From the human T2T-CHM13v2.0 reference genome, Homo sapiens, in assembly GCF_009914755.1 (NCBI RefSeq), contig NC_060941.1: a DNA stretch of 64,000 bases; one strand, given 5' to 3'. A model generated the notes under the pieces. That model was not told where the DNA came from and searched no databases. It saw only the letters and a program-made list of their open reading frames with translations. Of this stretch, positions 36,625-52,066 are shown piece by piece. Numbering within the stretch: the stretch's first letter is position 1; every line of letters begins with the position of its first letter. The translations under genes were made by a program, and so were the position numbers.

Positions 36625-39600
36625 CGAAAGGAGAGCGGCGCGCCTCTGCCCGGTGTTCCCCCTGCCCGGGCGGGGAGGCTGGAGAGAGCGCGCGCGAGAA
36701 TACGGCCAGAGAGTCTGTGCGCGAGAGATCGGGCGAGCGGGCGAGAGCAGGAGTCAGTCACTTTGGAGCCTCCGGAGCCCTGTCTGCAAAGAGTGGTGCG
36801 TGTGCGTGTGTGAGTGCGCGCGTGTGCGCGCGTGTGTAGCGGTGGGAGGGGGAGTCCCTGGCGTACTCCAACATCAAACGGAGCCCCGCGCGGAGGGAAG
36901 AGAATCCGGAGCGACGGCACAACAGCTGATCCCACACTTAACCCCTCGCCCGCCGGCACCGGGGCAGCCCTCCCTCGCGCCCTCCCACGCTCGGGCCCCT
37001 GCGCGCCCCTCCTCCCCCCCGTTGCCAGCACTTGCTCCTGGCCTGGGGGGTCTGGAATCTCCCTTTGCCCCCGCTCCGTTCTCCGGCCGCTGCGGAGAGG
37101 AGGAGCCGCTCCGCCGGCTCTGCGGCCGACCGACCGGAAGGCGCCTCGTCCTGTTTCGCGTTCAGAGAAGCGCCTTTCCTAAGGGAGGCCGGCTCAGTGG
37201 CGGGGATGTCGGTGATGTAATGAGGGCATCTACGCAGAGGCTTCCGCGCTGGGGAAGGCTTCTCTGGCTGCCCAGGGCTTGGAAATCCAACCAGAGCCTC
37301 CAGGAGCGTCTCCTGCCCTCCTGCTGGCCCCCAGACCCCATCATACATTCCAGCCTCCTGCCACAGGCACCTGGTCTTGTGGCTACTTAGATGGGGGTGG
37401 GGGACACGGGCACCGGCCACAATGCATCCTCCCCTCCCTGTACCCAGACACACTGGACTTGACGTGTTTCGCTCCCACGGGACAGGCGTGCATAGGTCCC
37501 CACCTCCTTGCCCCATTCAGCATGTGGCAGAGGTCTCGGCAGTGCCCCTTGTTCCACCACTGTGACTGTGCACACACCTGCAGCTTCAGCGGCCACACAC
37601 ACACCCACTGGCCTGCCCCGAGTCCACACTCACCAGAGGCCCCGTGGATCAGTCTCAGTTTACCAGGATAAGCCACAGGTGAGCTTGGCTGCAAGAGGGA
37701 TGGGCTGCCAGTGGCCACTGTCAGAGGCAGAGCCAGTGGCTCATGCCTAACCTCACGCCTTCCAGGAAAGGGGCAGATCCCAGGCACCCAGTACCCATTC
37801 TGAACGCACCTGTCCTACCTTAGGGCACTTGTGACTCCCCTCCTCTCACTGCAGACAGTGAGCCCTGAGCTGGAGGGAGGCAGGCCTGGGGCCGCCTGGC
37901 AGTGGGGAGATGGCTGGCCCGGCAGTCATGTCGGACCCTCACTTGCTGTGTGATCTCAGGAAGGTCGATTGTCCCCTTGGGGCCTTGGTTTCCACATCCA
38001 GCCCGAGAGATGGGTCAGATGTTGTCTGAGATCCCTGTTGCACCCACTGCAGGACACGTGGCCTGAGGGCCATTGAGGAAGAGGGAACAAGGAAGGGAGG
38101 GAGAGAAGGGTGGCCTCTCCACGCCCAGTTTAGGAGGCTCCATTTGAACAAGGCAGGTAGGTGCAGGCACCTGGGACCATTCTCTCAGGTGCCCCTTGTT
38201 CATCTTCTTCGTAGAGGAGCTGGGATGTGGAGTCCGGGAGGGAGGCAGACAGGGGAAGAGAGAAGGCTCAGGGGAGAGACGAGGCAGGCGAGCTGGCCAT
38301 CTAGCCGTGTGGTCTGACCTGCAATCCTGCTCTGTGTTCCCTCTGGGGTGGTGCTGGCACAGGACAAGGATAGGGGGCTGGTCTGTCTCCACAGGGTCTT
38401 GGCTATGGACTTGATGAGGCCCTCCCTGCTGTCAGTAACTTGGTTTCCCAGCCTAGGACAGTGGTGGGGGTCCCAGCGCAAGGGCTGGGCATGCCTGGGC
38501 CAGGAAGATGAGGTGGGTTGTAGCATTTGCCACCTGAGCCTCGCAGAAGGGCTCCTCGTGAGCGTGGTGCCCTGGAGTGGCCCTTGCTGCCTCCCTCCTG
38601 AGTCAGGTTGTTCTTGCTTGTTCCAGAAGCCATCCCTCTTTTGTCTTCTCTGGGCACCTGTCCGTCACCACTGCCCTGCTGCACCTTCCCTGGAGGATGC
38701 TCAGGAATTCGGGACAGCCACATAGCATTCAGCCGAAACCCAGGCTCCAGATCCACCCTGCCTGTGAATCATTTGCTCATTAATTTGCCATTATGACCAT
38801 TATGACCAAGTATCTCCTGTGGAATCCAAGCCTCATCCCCTCCAGAAAGGGATTTGGGAGTGCTTCCTAAGCCATGCCTGACACAGAGCCACTTTTTGAG
38901 TCAACGCTACTGTTTTTCCTTATTGAGAACCCACTATATGCAGACAGTGTGCTCGGTGCTGGGGCTGCAGAAATCAAGTTCTCTGCCCTGGAGTGAGCAC
39001 ACCGTCTAGTGGGGGAAACCAAGCTTGTAAACGAAGACTGCAGCCTAATGTACTGAGAGCTTTGACAGCCCAGGACAGGGAGAGCTCAGATCTGGGGTGT
39101 GGCCAGGGAAGGTTTCCTGGACCCCTGAGCTCAGTCATTGGCCCAAAGAAAGCCAGGGTGGTCCCCACTATCTGCATCTGCATCACTTCTGGCAGCCCTG
39201 CATCTGGTCACCTGTGTGCCTCTCTGCCCAGCCACCTGCCTTCCAGCCTCACCTCCAGATTGCACTGGGCCCAGGAGCATGTCTGGACACCTGCCTCCAT
39301 CAGGCGGCTCATCACACCCAGCTCCAGAGAGAGAGGACTGAGAATAGCAGAATGGAATGAAAATAATACCTCCAGAAAAAGGATCTGAACGTGTGTGTTT
39401 GGCTTATTTCTTGGGACAGGGGCTGTTACGCTGTGCTTCAGCACGAGCCAGTTAGCGAACAGCACGCACCTCAGTGCTCCGCTGTGATCGTTTCAGAGTG
39501 TCGCGCAGGCCTGACTCTGCGGACCCCACCGGCAGGAACCATGCCCTCATCACCTCCTACCTCCAGTACCTGGCACCAGGGCGGTACGAAGCTTTTCAGA

Positions 39601-40903
39601 TTCTCCAGGCCCCATGCAGCCCTCCCGAGCCCCTGGTGCCTTGTGGACTGGGGTGGGTGGCCCTGAGCAGGGGGTGGGGGAAGCCTGTGCTCCTGGTGGC
39701 TGTGCTGCCCCCGCTCCTGGGGCGGAGGGAGGCTGCGTGCTGGGAAGAGCTGTCACTCCAGTGCTAATATTCACTACTTAAAAAAAAAGAGGCAAGAAAA
39801 AATACCCCATTCGCCCTGAATCTGAGAAGGGCCTTGTTAGGCAGGCAGGAACTGAGCTGTAATTATTTCTGCGCTCCTGGGCACCACTATAAATATCAGG
39901 CAAGGGAGGCACCTCAGAAGGTTCCGATGGTTCCAAGGCTTTGGAGATCTCCTGGCTCCTTCCTGCCCCCATCCTATGTCACCTTCCCTGGCAGGGGCCT
40001 TGGAGGGTGCAGGCACTGCCTCTCCTCCAGTTGGGCAGGGCGTGTCTTCCCCAGCTTCCCTGAGCGTGCCTGCCTGGGAAATTCTGGCCCACGTAACCTT
40101 GCCAGATGCCCTGAATCTCTTCAGTGTGTACCTCTGTGAAATGGACACACAGGATTCTCCCTGGGAGAGCATTTGCTAAAAGGTGTGCAGGGGAATACTA
40201 GCCTCCAAGGTGGCCTGTGTTTTTAACAAAAGGTGGGCCAAATGAGTCCTGTGGTCAGATGACTTGGGGGAGTATTTCTTTTGACCCCTACCCATGTCCT
40301 TTGGAAATTCCCAAGGTGGCAAGTGGCAAATCATAGTAGAAAGGAAGCAACTCCACACTCCCTTTAGGGGAGGAAGGGAGGTGAATTCCTCATGCTCCTG
40401 CCCCTCTTTCCCCTTCCAGGCGCCCAGGCCGACCATCCTCAGGCTTCCCCTGCGCCGTGAGGACAGTGTGCAGCTTGGCAGCAGCGCTCCCAGGACAAGG
40501 AGTGAGCTCACAGTCTCTGGTTGCAGCTGTGCTTGGCCGCGCCAAGCCGAGCCTTCATCGACAAATACATCGTGCTTTCCGCAGAGCCGGACCTTCCTGC
40601 CCCAGCCCTGGGGTATTTGGCCTGGGCTTGGGCATGAGCACTGGGGGACGAAAGAGGCAGAGTGGCAGAACTAGATCTCCACAGTGGGGTGGGGTGGGCA
40701 TGGCTCAGAGATGGGAGGATGTGTGCGTGCCTGTGTGTGTGTGATGGGGTGTGGGGAGAGCCAAGAAGCCACTCTGACCAGCTGGAGTCCTGTATCACCA
40801 TGGAACACTTTGCAGGGGAATTAATGTCCCAATTCAGCAGCCAGGGCAACAGGGTTGGAGTCAGGGAGAAGCCCCCACTCAGGCTTTCATGGGATGCCCC
40901 CAG

Positions 40904-41031
40904 CAGACACCACGGGGCAAGGTCAGGCTGGGGATGGGAAACCCAGCAGACACCATGGGGGAAGGTCAGGCTGCGGATGGGAAACCCGGCAGACACCATG
41001 GGGCAAGGTCAGCTTGGGGATGGGAAACTCG
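40904..41031 (+). repeat. 43-bp tandem repeat x3
   Basis: CAGACACCAYGGGGSAAGGTCAG..TG.GGATGGGAAAC units starting at 40904, 40947 and 40990. Confidence 0.9.
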
Positions 41032-42254
41032 TCAGCCTTTTTTAAAAAAAATGTAGAAATTCTCACATTCCCAGAGGAGGCAGCTTCCTTATATCAGGAG
41101 TCGGGGGCTGCTTCCACTTTGTTCTGGCCTGTTTAATCTCCCCAGAAGGGCAGAAAAGCCGGCAGAGGGTCCCTGCAAGCAGGGGTGAAGCAAGCCCAGG
41201 GATGAGCCGTCGGTGCAGCCCTGGCAGGCGAGGCCTCGCTGGAGGTGGCCAGCAGAGGGCCCACTCACACCACCTTCACCGGCTGGCCTGCGAGGAAGGG
41301 CTGCTGGGGTGCTCCCCACCCCCAACCCCCTCTGCCTCCCTCTGCCAGGGGTCCTCAGCAGTGCAGAGGGAAAGCTAAGCCCAGCCCAGCTGCCGGGGCC
41401 AGCACTCACCTTCCGGCTCAGCGGGGGTCCCCCACCCACTGGCACTGTCCCCCTGGCCCCAGCAGAGACTGCAGCAAAAGTAAAAATCGGCGTGCAAAGG
41501 AAGTTTATTTATCTGTTTAATTAAGAGGCGTTTGCCAGCCACATTCGGGTCCATCCGTCTCACTTACAACCATGTCCCAGCAAAATTAAACATAATAAAT
41601 ACAGGGAGACTGAAAGCGAAGGGCACACTTGAGATATATGGGCAGAGCCAGGAGTTGCACAGGGTTGCAGTTATAAGCACATCTCTCTCTTGCAAGTTCC
41701 TCTCCCCTCGGGGGCCCAGGAGCCGGAGGAATGCGCTCAGAGAAGGGGCTGTGGGTGCCGCTCACTCTGCTCCTTCCACTCCGCACTGTTGCCAAGCTTT
41801 ATTTATTTTAAATGAGCCCCCAGGACTTCTCCCTTCTCCTCTTCTGTGGAAGGCGAGCGAGCTCTACACCGAGCAAAAGGAACATCTGAAAGCAGCCAGC
41901 ACTGTGATGTTCCACCCCAGGGCTCGGTGGGTAAGAGGCCTTGGAAGCTGCGGCCCTGGAAAGCTCGTTGCAAGCTCCTGCTGCATCTGGGCCATGAGCT
42001 CCTGGCAAGGAGACAGCCTAGGCTGAGCAGAGCCTGGGAGAAACAGATCTTTGGTCTTCAGTGCCAGCTGTGGCCAAGCCACCGTTTGGCAAACTGGGCC
42101 CAGAATCCCACAGAAGCCAAAGGAAGAGGGGGGCACTTTGATTTCTGTCTCTCATCTGAAGGCTCAAGAGCCTGGCCATTTGCTTAAACTTCCCAGGAAC
42201 AGAAGCACACAAAGGGGGAGAATGGCAATTTATTATTACTGATTGCTAACTGTA

Positions 42255-42465
42255 ACAATACCTTGTATCTGCTCAGTGCTTTCCTAACCTTTTCAAAGAG
42301 CCTTCATGTATCTCACCTGATCATCACAAGTTAGGTAGGGAAGGTGTAATGATGCCCATTCGATATATGATGACCCTTTTAGGATCACAGAGGTGGTCCA
42401 AGGTCACACAACCAGTTAGAGGCAGCGTCTGGGCCAGAAGGCAAGACTTGGAACTTGGATTTACG
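42255..42465 (-). mobile_element. MIR fragment
   Basis: CCCATT...GTCCAAGGTCACACAACCAGTTAGAGGCAG...GACTTGGAAC. Confidence 0.6.
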
Positions 42466-43200
42466 GGAGCCCTTTTCTTCCCTTCGACTACTGTGCTGGG
42501 CTCATGCCCTTCTGTGAACATGCTCGTCGTTAGCCCTTGGCTCTCTCTCCTAACAGGATCAACCCCAAACCAAATCCGTTAATGTAATAGTCATTTGCAA
42601 TAGCTTGGGCGTTTACTAATCACACCACCGCTCCGTCTGTGCAGCAATTATCTCGAATTTCCTCTTTCTCATTAGGCAGGAGGTCGCGAGGACTCAGTGG
42701 GTTGCTGAGCCCTGTGATGACGCCAAGGAGAGGAGCTGCTGCTAGACCAAGGAAGCCCTCCCTCAGCGTTCCTAGCTGATCTTCCATGCAGCGCCCAATT
42801 TCCTGGGCCCTCACCCCGTGCTCAGCTGACCCACCAGCCCCGAGCCCTCCTGTCCTGCCCAAGCCTGTGCATGTGTGCCCTTGTGCCCAGACCATAGATG
42901 GCTACAGAAAAGAGAGTCCTGAATGGCTTGGGAAGTTGTATATTTGCTTGGAGATGATGACTCCAGCTCGGACTGGGTATCCAGTGAAGTGCCCTTGGAT
43001 GGTTGGGCCCCCACTGCAGACATGACTGATGACAGCCTTTGCTCCTGCCAGGGCAGGGATCGCACCAGCCAAGGAAAACCCATATCACTCGCTGCTCCAC
43101 GCAGCCCACCCAGGAGGCATGCACCGCTAACATCACTCTTGGTACCCCCACTTGCTCTCCTTCAGCATCAGGGTCAACTCCAGCCTCCTGTTTGAGGTCA

Positions 43201-43654
<454 letters not shown>

Positions 43655-45778
43655 TCAGAGACACGTGCTCTCTTTTTTTTCCCCTTGAAGCTCTCCACTG
43701 GGGGAGACCCTGCTGTCTCTCCGGGGAGCCCAGTTAGGTTTTTATCACCCTGACTGCCAAGAAACTCTGCCTCGTGGTACACAAACCTTTTCCGTCTTAA
43801 TTTTATTCAAAGGGTGAAGGCTTTGAAAGAGTGACAAGGGGGAGCTTAGACCAGAAGCTGAAGCCACTGCCGCTCCCTGTAGCTCCCAGGAGGGACTGGG
43901 GCCACTGACCAAAACTTGTAGAGCAAAGCCGTGCATAAAGGGAGGGGGCTGAGTGAGCACAGCTCTTGCATACCGATGGGGAACAGGAGCCCTGCACTCT
44001 CAGGGTGTCCAAAAGGGAAGACTGTACACACAATGTGGGTACAATTTGGGTAGCTCCCATTGCTACGGCCGGCATGAATTTGCACCATGTTTGGTTAGAA
44101 TTGAACTGAGGAAACAGCATTCAGGGTTCCTGAGTAGAGACCCATGGGAAGAGGTCAAGGTTTGTTCTTCCATCAACAGCGGGTGGGTCTGAGCTGACCC
44201 CTGGGTAGAGGCAGCAAGGGTCCACCTCCAGCAGTGAAGTGGCTGGGTGCTCCCATTTGCCATCAATTTTTAGAAAATCTTACTTAACAGAGAAACCAAT
44301 ATCCCTTCCTCCAGCACTGGGCAAGGAGAGGCCACATGGAGAGCACGTGCAGCACTGTAGAGAGGGAATGGTGGCCCGGGGGTACCCCGCACCCCAGGAC
44401 TGGGAAGTTAGGACCTTCAAACTCTGACCAAACCTGAAAGACTCTGGAAAAAGCAGCTGCCTGTAGCCCCAGCCCCAGCACTCAGTGAGTTAAAAAGCAA
44501 CCGCAAGGCCTCGGGAAACAGAATGTGAGGGGCGGGCACTCTGTTCGTCCCCTGCCCCTGCATGCCCCCTAAAGCCAAAGCGTCAGCTCATTAAAAGCTC
44601 ATTAGGAGCCCAAGGCACACAAAGGCCCGGAGAGGCATTACTGTCCTGGCAGAGTGCGTGGCCCTGGGGAGGCCGATGCACTGCTAGGCAGCCAGTGCCA
44701 AGCTGCAGACAGGGGCCGGGCCATGGAGTGACGAGGCGGCTGGCGGCGGGAGGTAGGGGTGCAAGGTCCTTCTAACGAAGCCTCATGGGAGCTGAGCTTG
44801 TCCCAGGACTCAAGGGAGTGGGGACGAGCATATCTGCCAGGAAGCAAAGGAACAGATGCAGACGGTAACCTACAGACTCACCTCCCCACACCTCCACAAT
44901 GACAGAGGCCAGATAAGAGTTCCTTTCTCAGGCTTTGAGAGCAAGGAGAAGGCAGGGTTAGGCAGGACCCTGGGCAGCCTCTTCCCTCCCGGCAGCCTAA
45001 GATACACCAGGGAAGTTGTGTGAATTGCTGCCCGGTGAGCAGAGATGGGGCAGTGGATGCTGATGTGTTTTAGTCCCTAAAAGTTGCCCAAGAGCAGGGG
45101 AAGTGCCTATCTGGTGGGGGTGTGGAAGCTTGTCTTGAGTTAGGTGTGAAGCTATTCTGAGGCTGCCACCCCTGCCAACCCCCTACCGTCTCCTCCCTCT
45201 TGATCCTGGGAGGAAAATCCCTCCCCTTTCCTGATCCACTCTAGCATTGGGGTCCAGCGATGTTTTGGCCCCAACACAACTCTCCAGTTCCAAGGCATGA
45301 GGTTTCTGAGAATTCACTGGCAAGGAGGTGTGGGAAGTTGGCAGCCAGCTGAGGGCCCTATGCTGCTCTTAGCCGCTCCCGGCCTTTCCTCCCACTGAGA
45401 GTTGCTGCATCAGGATGGGGGGGAGCCGTCTGTTCCTGCTCTTACTTCCCTAGGATGCTGTGACTTTTGATTCCTGCTTGATTAATATACAGCCAACAGA
45501 GACTGTATTTAAGGCAGCTTTAATTCTCTCAGGTCACCAAACTCGGGAGCAGCAAAGCTGCAAGGAGCCAGCCCCGCAATAGATCAAACACCAGGACCTT
45601 CAAATCGCTCTGTGGCCCAATTTCTTATTGCTGCTGCTGCCTGATAACCCTCCCAGCTTGGAGCCAATAGCTCCTTTTTCTAGGGGTGGACACGGGGGCT
45701 GGATGTGGATGTCCATGGCTGAAACCCTCCTGGCAGCACGGAACGAGAGCTGGAAGGACCGGGCACGAGAGTGAGACC

Positions 45779-45799
45779 GTCAGCACCAGGGACAGCTCC
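45779..45799 (+). promoter_or_regulatory. RE1/NRSE (REST binding site)
   Basis: GTCAGCACCAGGGACAGCTCC vs consensus TTCAGCACCNNGGACAGCGCC; both half-sites intact with the canonical 2-nt spacer. Confidence 0.8.
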
Positions 45800-47427
45800 A
45801 GCCAGACCCTGGAGCCGCCGTGGCTGCCTACACCTCTGTCTCCCTGGGCCCAAACAAGCACGGGTGTCAGTGAACTCTCTGTTTTGCAGGGGTGGCCAGC
45901 GGCTAGCCCTGCTGATGGCCACCTTTTACCAAAACATCCTCGCCTGTTGAGTTAGCCTGCTGCTCCCTTTGGGGCCCTGCACACTCTCACTGGCTCTGTC
46001 TCCCTTTAGGAGATCCAGCTTTTGCCATCCCTGACCCCCAGAGGGAAGCAGGCTGCTGTGAGGACTATCTGTCTGGCCTCTGTGCCAGCCCCTGGTGCCC
46101 AGGGCTTCTGTGGGGCCAACAGTTTCCTTCCTGGCTGAACCTCATCCGCTTCCAACTTGCCTCATTAGCATCTCCTGAAAGGCAGGCTAATTCCTCTGCT
46201 GAGCACCTGGGTGTTCACTTGCTCGGTGGGGGCAGGGGCAGGCATGCCGGCATGGCTGCCGTTTCCTCCAAAGCACCTTTTATAGACCTGGTCCGTGTTG
46301 CAATTTGGGAGGCACCGGGGAGCAGCACAATGTGGGGAGATTACGCTCGGAAGCCGGGCTTGTAAATTACCTCCCAGTGGGGGCAGGGAATGTGCCTATT
46401 AACAGAGAACCTGGTGCACACAGCCATTCTCATTTAAGAGCAGGATCTTCCCGGATCAGACTCTGATCAATCCTTGCTGCCACCAACACACCATATATTA
46501 GGAAGAAATGTTTGCATTGAAGTTGGAGGAAGCCCCATACTCACCTCCCCCCGCCAACCCCCTACTGCTGTTTTATTAGGATTTTCTCTAAACCCAGCCC
46601 CATTGGATTTATTCCCCCTGCTCTGCCTCTATCCACTTAAAAATATTGTCTATGGATTTTCAAATTATTGCTACACTTTCTAAGAGAAGGATGCAGTGGT
46701 TAAAAATTAACAGCAAATTTATGGGAATTCTATATGGCAATTACAGAATTATAATGAAGTGGCTGCCACTTGGCTGAGTGTGGGTAATTGGAAATCCACA
46801 CTGGGAAGACTAGAATCTTTACTGTATTGGAATTGTGTTTTTGAGAGTAAATGCTGTGGAGAGGGTCAATGGAGCCTTGAGTAGGCCAAGTTCTTCTCTA
46901 CAGGAAAAAGTGGTCTGCTCACTGCCTATTGGGAGGCAATTTAGAAGGAGAATCACTTATGCTGGCCCACAGGAAGGTGGCTGGAAACCACTGGGGGAGG
47001 TAGGTGTTCCGGGCTAGGGGAGCAGGCCTGATGGTGGAGGAGGTGGGAGTGGGAGAGCATGAAGGGAGGAAGGCCAGGGCATCACCAGCAGAGGGAAGGC
47101 CCACTGTGGTGCAGCTCGAGCCTGACAGAAGGCAGCACCGAAACCCTGATGTTCTCCCTGCCCTGTGGGTTCATTTTCCTTGGAAAAAAATTTTGGTAAA
47201 AAAACAGAGATGATTTTATCATGAAGACACCAATGTTGCTCTCCTTTCACATGGCGCTGTCCTCGCTCCCACAGCTGCTGTGGTAGAAATGGACTTTGCC
47301 TCTGATCTCCTCTGCAGCTCTTTAGGGCCTTAGTGGCTGAGAGGTGGAGCAGGAGTCTGTGATAAGGGAGCCCAGATTCCGAGCAAGGGGGTTCTGCCAG
47401 GAATCTAGGTACAAACTGCCTCCTGGA

Positions 47428-47726
<299 letters not shown>

Positions 47727-47764
47727 AACTGCTTCCTGGTTCTTCAAGAGTTTTGTGTAGACCT

Positions 47765-48535
<771 letters not shown>

Positions 48536-49439
48536 GAAGAAGAAATGCAAAATGCAAAGCCAACTGGGTCTCTTCTTAGAGTAAGGCCGCACGCAAGTCT
48601 GTGTGGGCAGGAAGCCTGCCCTGATCTCCCCATCCCAAAACACAGACACCCAGCAAAAGGGTCTGCTCCATTTCAGTCTACGTTTCTTGGTTTCTGTCTG
48701 CTCTATCCTGATATCTGAGACTGGGGCCTCCTTATTTTGTCCTACCATTGCAGCTGTGCAGGCACACAGTGTCTGCTGAGGCCAGTGGTGGGGTGGCGGG
48801 GGTGGCTTTCCTTCTGTGCTCCCTCCCCTACGACCGGACAGCACCAGGAAACCAGCACTCTGTTTTGGGGTTTGGGGATGAGCTCACAGGCAAATACTTC
48901 TGCTTCCTAACCTGTGACCTGTGCTAGGAGAAAGTGTCCTAGTGGCCAGCTCCCGTGCGGCTGCACTCGCTTGCATTTGGCTGCTGGGTGAGCTTATTGA
49001 TTTTTCTCTCCGAGGTAGAAGGAGAGGCCTCGGAAATGCCATTCCAGTGAAACTGGGCATGGCGATAATTATCATCATCAGAACACCCTGGACAAATTGG
49101 ATCTCAGGCACCCAGAGCACCCTCAGCCTCATGCTCCACCCCAGCCTCCTCTGAAGGCAGAGGGAAGGAAGTGGGAGGGTGAATATTATTCTTCCCATCT
49201 CGTTGGATGGAGAAGCTGAAACCCAGGGTAGAGGAGTGTCCCAAGATGGGAAGTGGAGGCCGGGATGCGGGGTCGGAGTCACTGCCCCCTTCTACTGGAG
49301 AAACAGCAGCAGAGTGGAGCTTGGATCATCTTGAGCTCCTAAGAAGACTGTAGTCCCGCATCTCCTACCTTCTACCACACACCCAGCCACAGCTGTTTCT
49401 CACACCCTCCTCCAGCAGAAAGTGGGGCCCGCTCCAGCC

Positions 49440-49715
49440 TGGGAGTCACAGACCTGGAGTCCAGCCCATCTCTGCCCCGACCACCCGTGGGACTCTGAGC
49501 GAGCAACTAAACATCTCCAGTGTTGGTGTCTGCGTCTATCAGAATGGGACGGCAGTACCTCTCTCAGTATCGCATTCCCACAATACCTTGTGAGGATTCA
49601 AAAACATGTCATATACAAACCAGCTGGCACATAGTAGATGTTCAATAAATCATGGTAATTAATTCAACAAATACTTATTGAGTTTCCCCAAGTGCCTGGT
49701 TTTGTTCTAGGTCCC
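49440..49715 (+). mobile_element. MIR followed by L2 end fragments
   Basis: GGAGTCACAGACCTGG...TTGTGAGGATTCAA...CTGGCACATAGTAGATGTTCAATAAAT, then ATTCAACAAATACTTATTGAG. Confidence 0.6.
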
Positions 49716-49819
49716 TTCTCTCTGCAGTGCCCAGATGAGACTGCTGATGAAATTTCCTCTCTTCACCCGGATGGACTGCACTTGCCCTGCTCATCTCCTA
49801 GGCCTTGGTACAGAAAGTA

Positions 49820-49905
49820 CAGTTAACTCTCAATTATCTATGCCAATGGAGTGGAACGTTCCACTGATAATTCAGAAAGAGCAGAGAGTCTACAGATAAT
49901 TCTTA
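49820..49905 (+). mobile_element. Ancient TcMar-Tigger-like DNA transposon end (MamRep434/Tigger15-like)
   Basis: TA|CAGTTAACTCTCAATTATC resembles the recalled terminal repeat CAGTAAACTCTCGATTATCC, followed by GATAAT repeats. Confidence 0.45.
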
Positions 49906-50270
49906 TTTGAATTAGGAATGCATTATGCTTATTTTCACATCGGGTTTACCTTCCTAATTACTGTTTGTTCTGGATTATGCTCAAACTGGTTTGCATTCTC
50001 AGAACTCACATCGGTGTGGTGAGGGGTGTGCCGTGGAAGTGTACTGGGGCCCACCAAGTGGAAACCAGCCACAGACCACCTCTCTGCACTGCCCTCCAGC
50101 ACCCCGGGTGGACTGATGCCTGCTAACAGGGAAGTAGTAGGCACTGGGGCTGCTTGGTATCTGCCCGGGAGGAATGGTGGCAGCTCCTTGCGTGTTGTTT
50201 TAAGGCTGTGCCCATGTGGGTGGCTGGGCACGCGTGGGTAAAATGGAAGGAGGTGCACCAGTTCCTGTGA

Positions 50271-50979
<709 letters not shown>

Positions 50980-51197
50980 TAACCTCCCAAACCACGGGCA
51001 AGCAGGGAGCCGGAAACCCAAAGAAAAGCCTGAGTCTCTGTGCCCTTCCTCACCTCCCCCGACTCCGGGCATGGAAGGGGGTCTGCCCTGCACCAGGCAA
51101 CCAAGACAACATCTATCTGTGACTGCGGCGCGTGCTTCTGATTTCCTAAGCATGCCGAGTGAATCCATCCCGAGTGCCTCTGTCTGCGTCAGGAGAG

Positions 51198-51326
51198 TCG
51201 TGTGGGGTGGGCTGTCATCCCGGAAGTGCTACGGTTGCATCGTGTGGGGTGGGCTGTCATCCCGGAAGTGCTACGGTTGCATCGTGTGGGGTGGGCTGTC
51301 ATCCCGGAAGTGCTACGGTTGCATCG
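51198..51326 (+). repeat. Perfect 42-bp tandem repeat x3
   Basis: TCGTGTGGGGTGGGCTGTCATCCCGGAAGTGCTACGGTTGCA at 51198, 51240 and 51282. Confidence 0.97.
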
Positions 51327-51736
51327 CTGGACCATCCTCAACACTGGACCAGACCAGAAGGGGAAATCATGGGTGACAACCGCCTCTGGCCAGCCCTCTG
51401 CCCTCGCCCCTGCCCTGCACCTCTCCATCCCACATGAGGCGACCTTGCAGGCACAGGTGCGGACAGGAAGGAGAGCCTGCACCTGGCGATGGTGACTCAG
51501 GGGATGTCTTTCCAGCTCTCACGGGACTCAGTGCTAAGGTGACAGTGGAACGCTGGCATCTGTGTCCCGCCTGCCAGCTCATGGAGAAAGTTCACAAATG
51601 TCACCTCAGTATGCCTCACTCAAGCCTGTGGGACAGATGGGTACAGCTGGAGACTGAGGCTTGGAGAAGTTCACAGACTTTCCAGGATGTATTGCCCATG
51701 CCACTCGTCACTCTGATAGGACTTTTAGAGATGTGA

Positions 51737-52066
<330 letters not shown>

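Larger units (their letters stand above)
35500..37210. promoter_or_regulatory. CpG island / internal promoter driving the minus-strand first exon
   Basis: About 1.7 kb of very high GC with undepleted CpG (CGCG, GGCGGC, GC boxes), in contrast to CpG-poor flanks; contains an ATG-bearing exon and a donor site. Confidence 0.9.

Noticed and set aside
35454-37390. Overlapping long ORFs (461, 245, 242 and 222 aa)
   Set aside because: Expected from extreme GC content; R/P/A/G-rich with no recognisable domain
47253-47262. Isolated RE1 right half-site GGCGCTGTCC (similar at ~48836 and ~34189)
   Set aside because: No matching left half-site; expected by chance in GC-rich sequence
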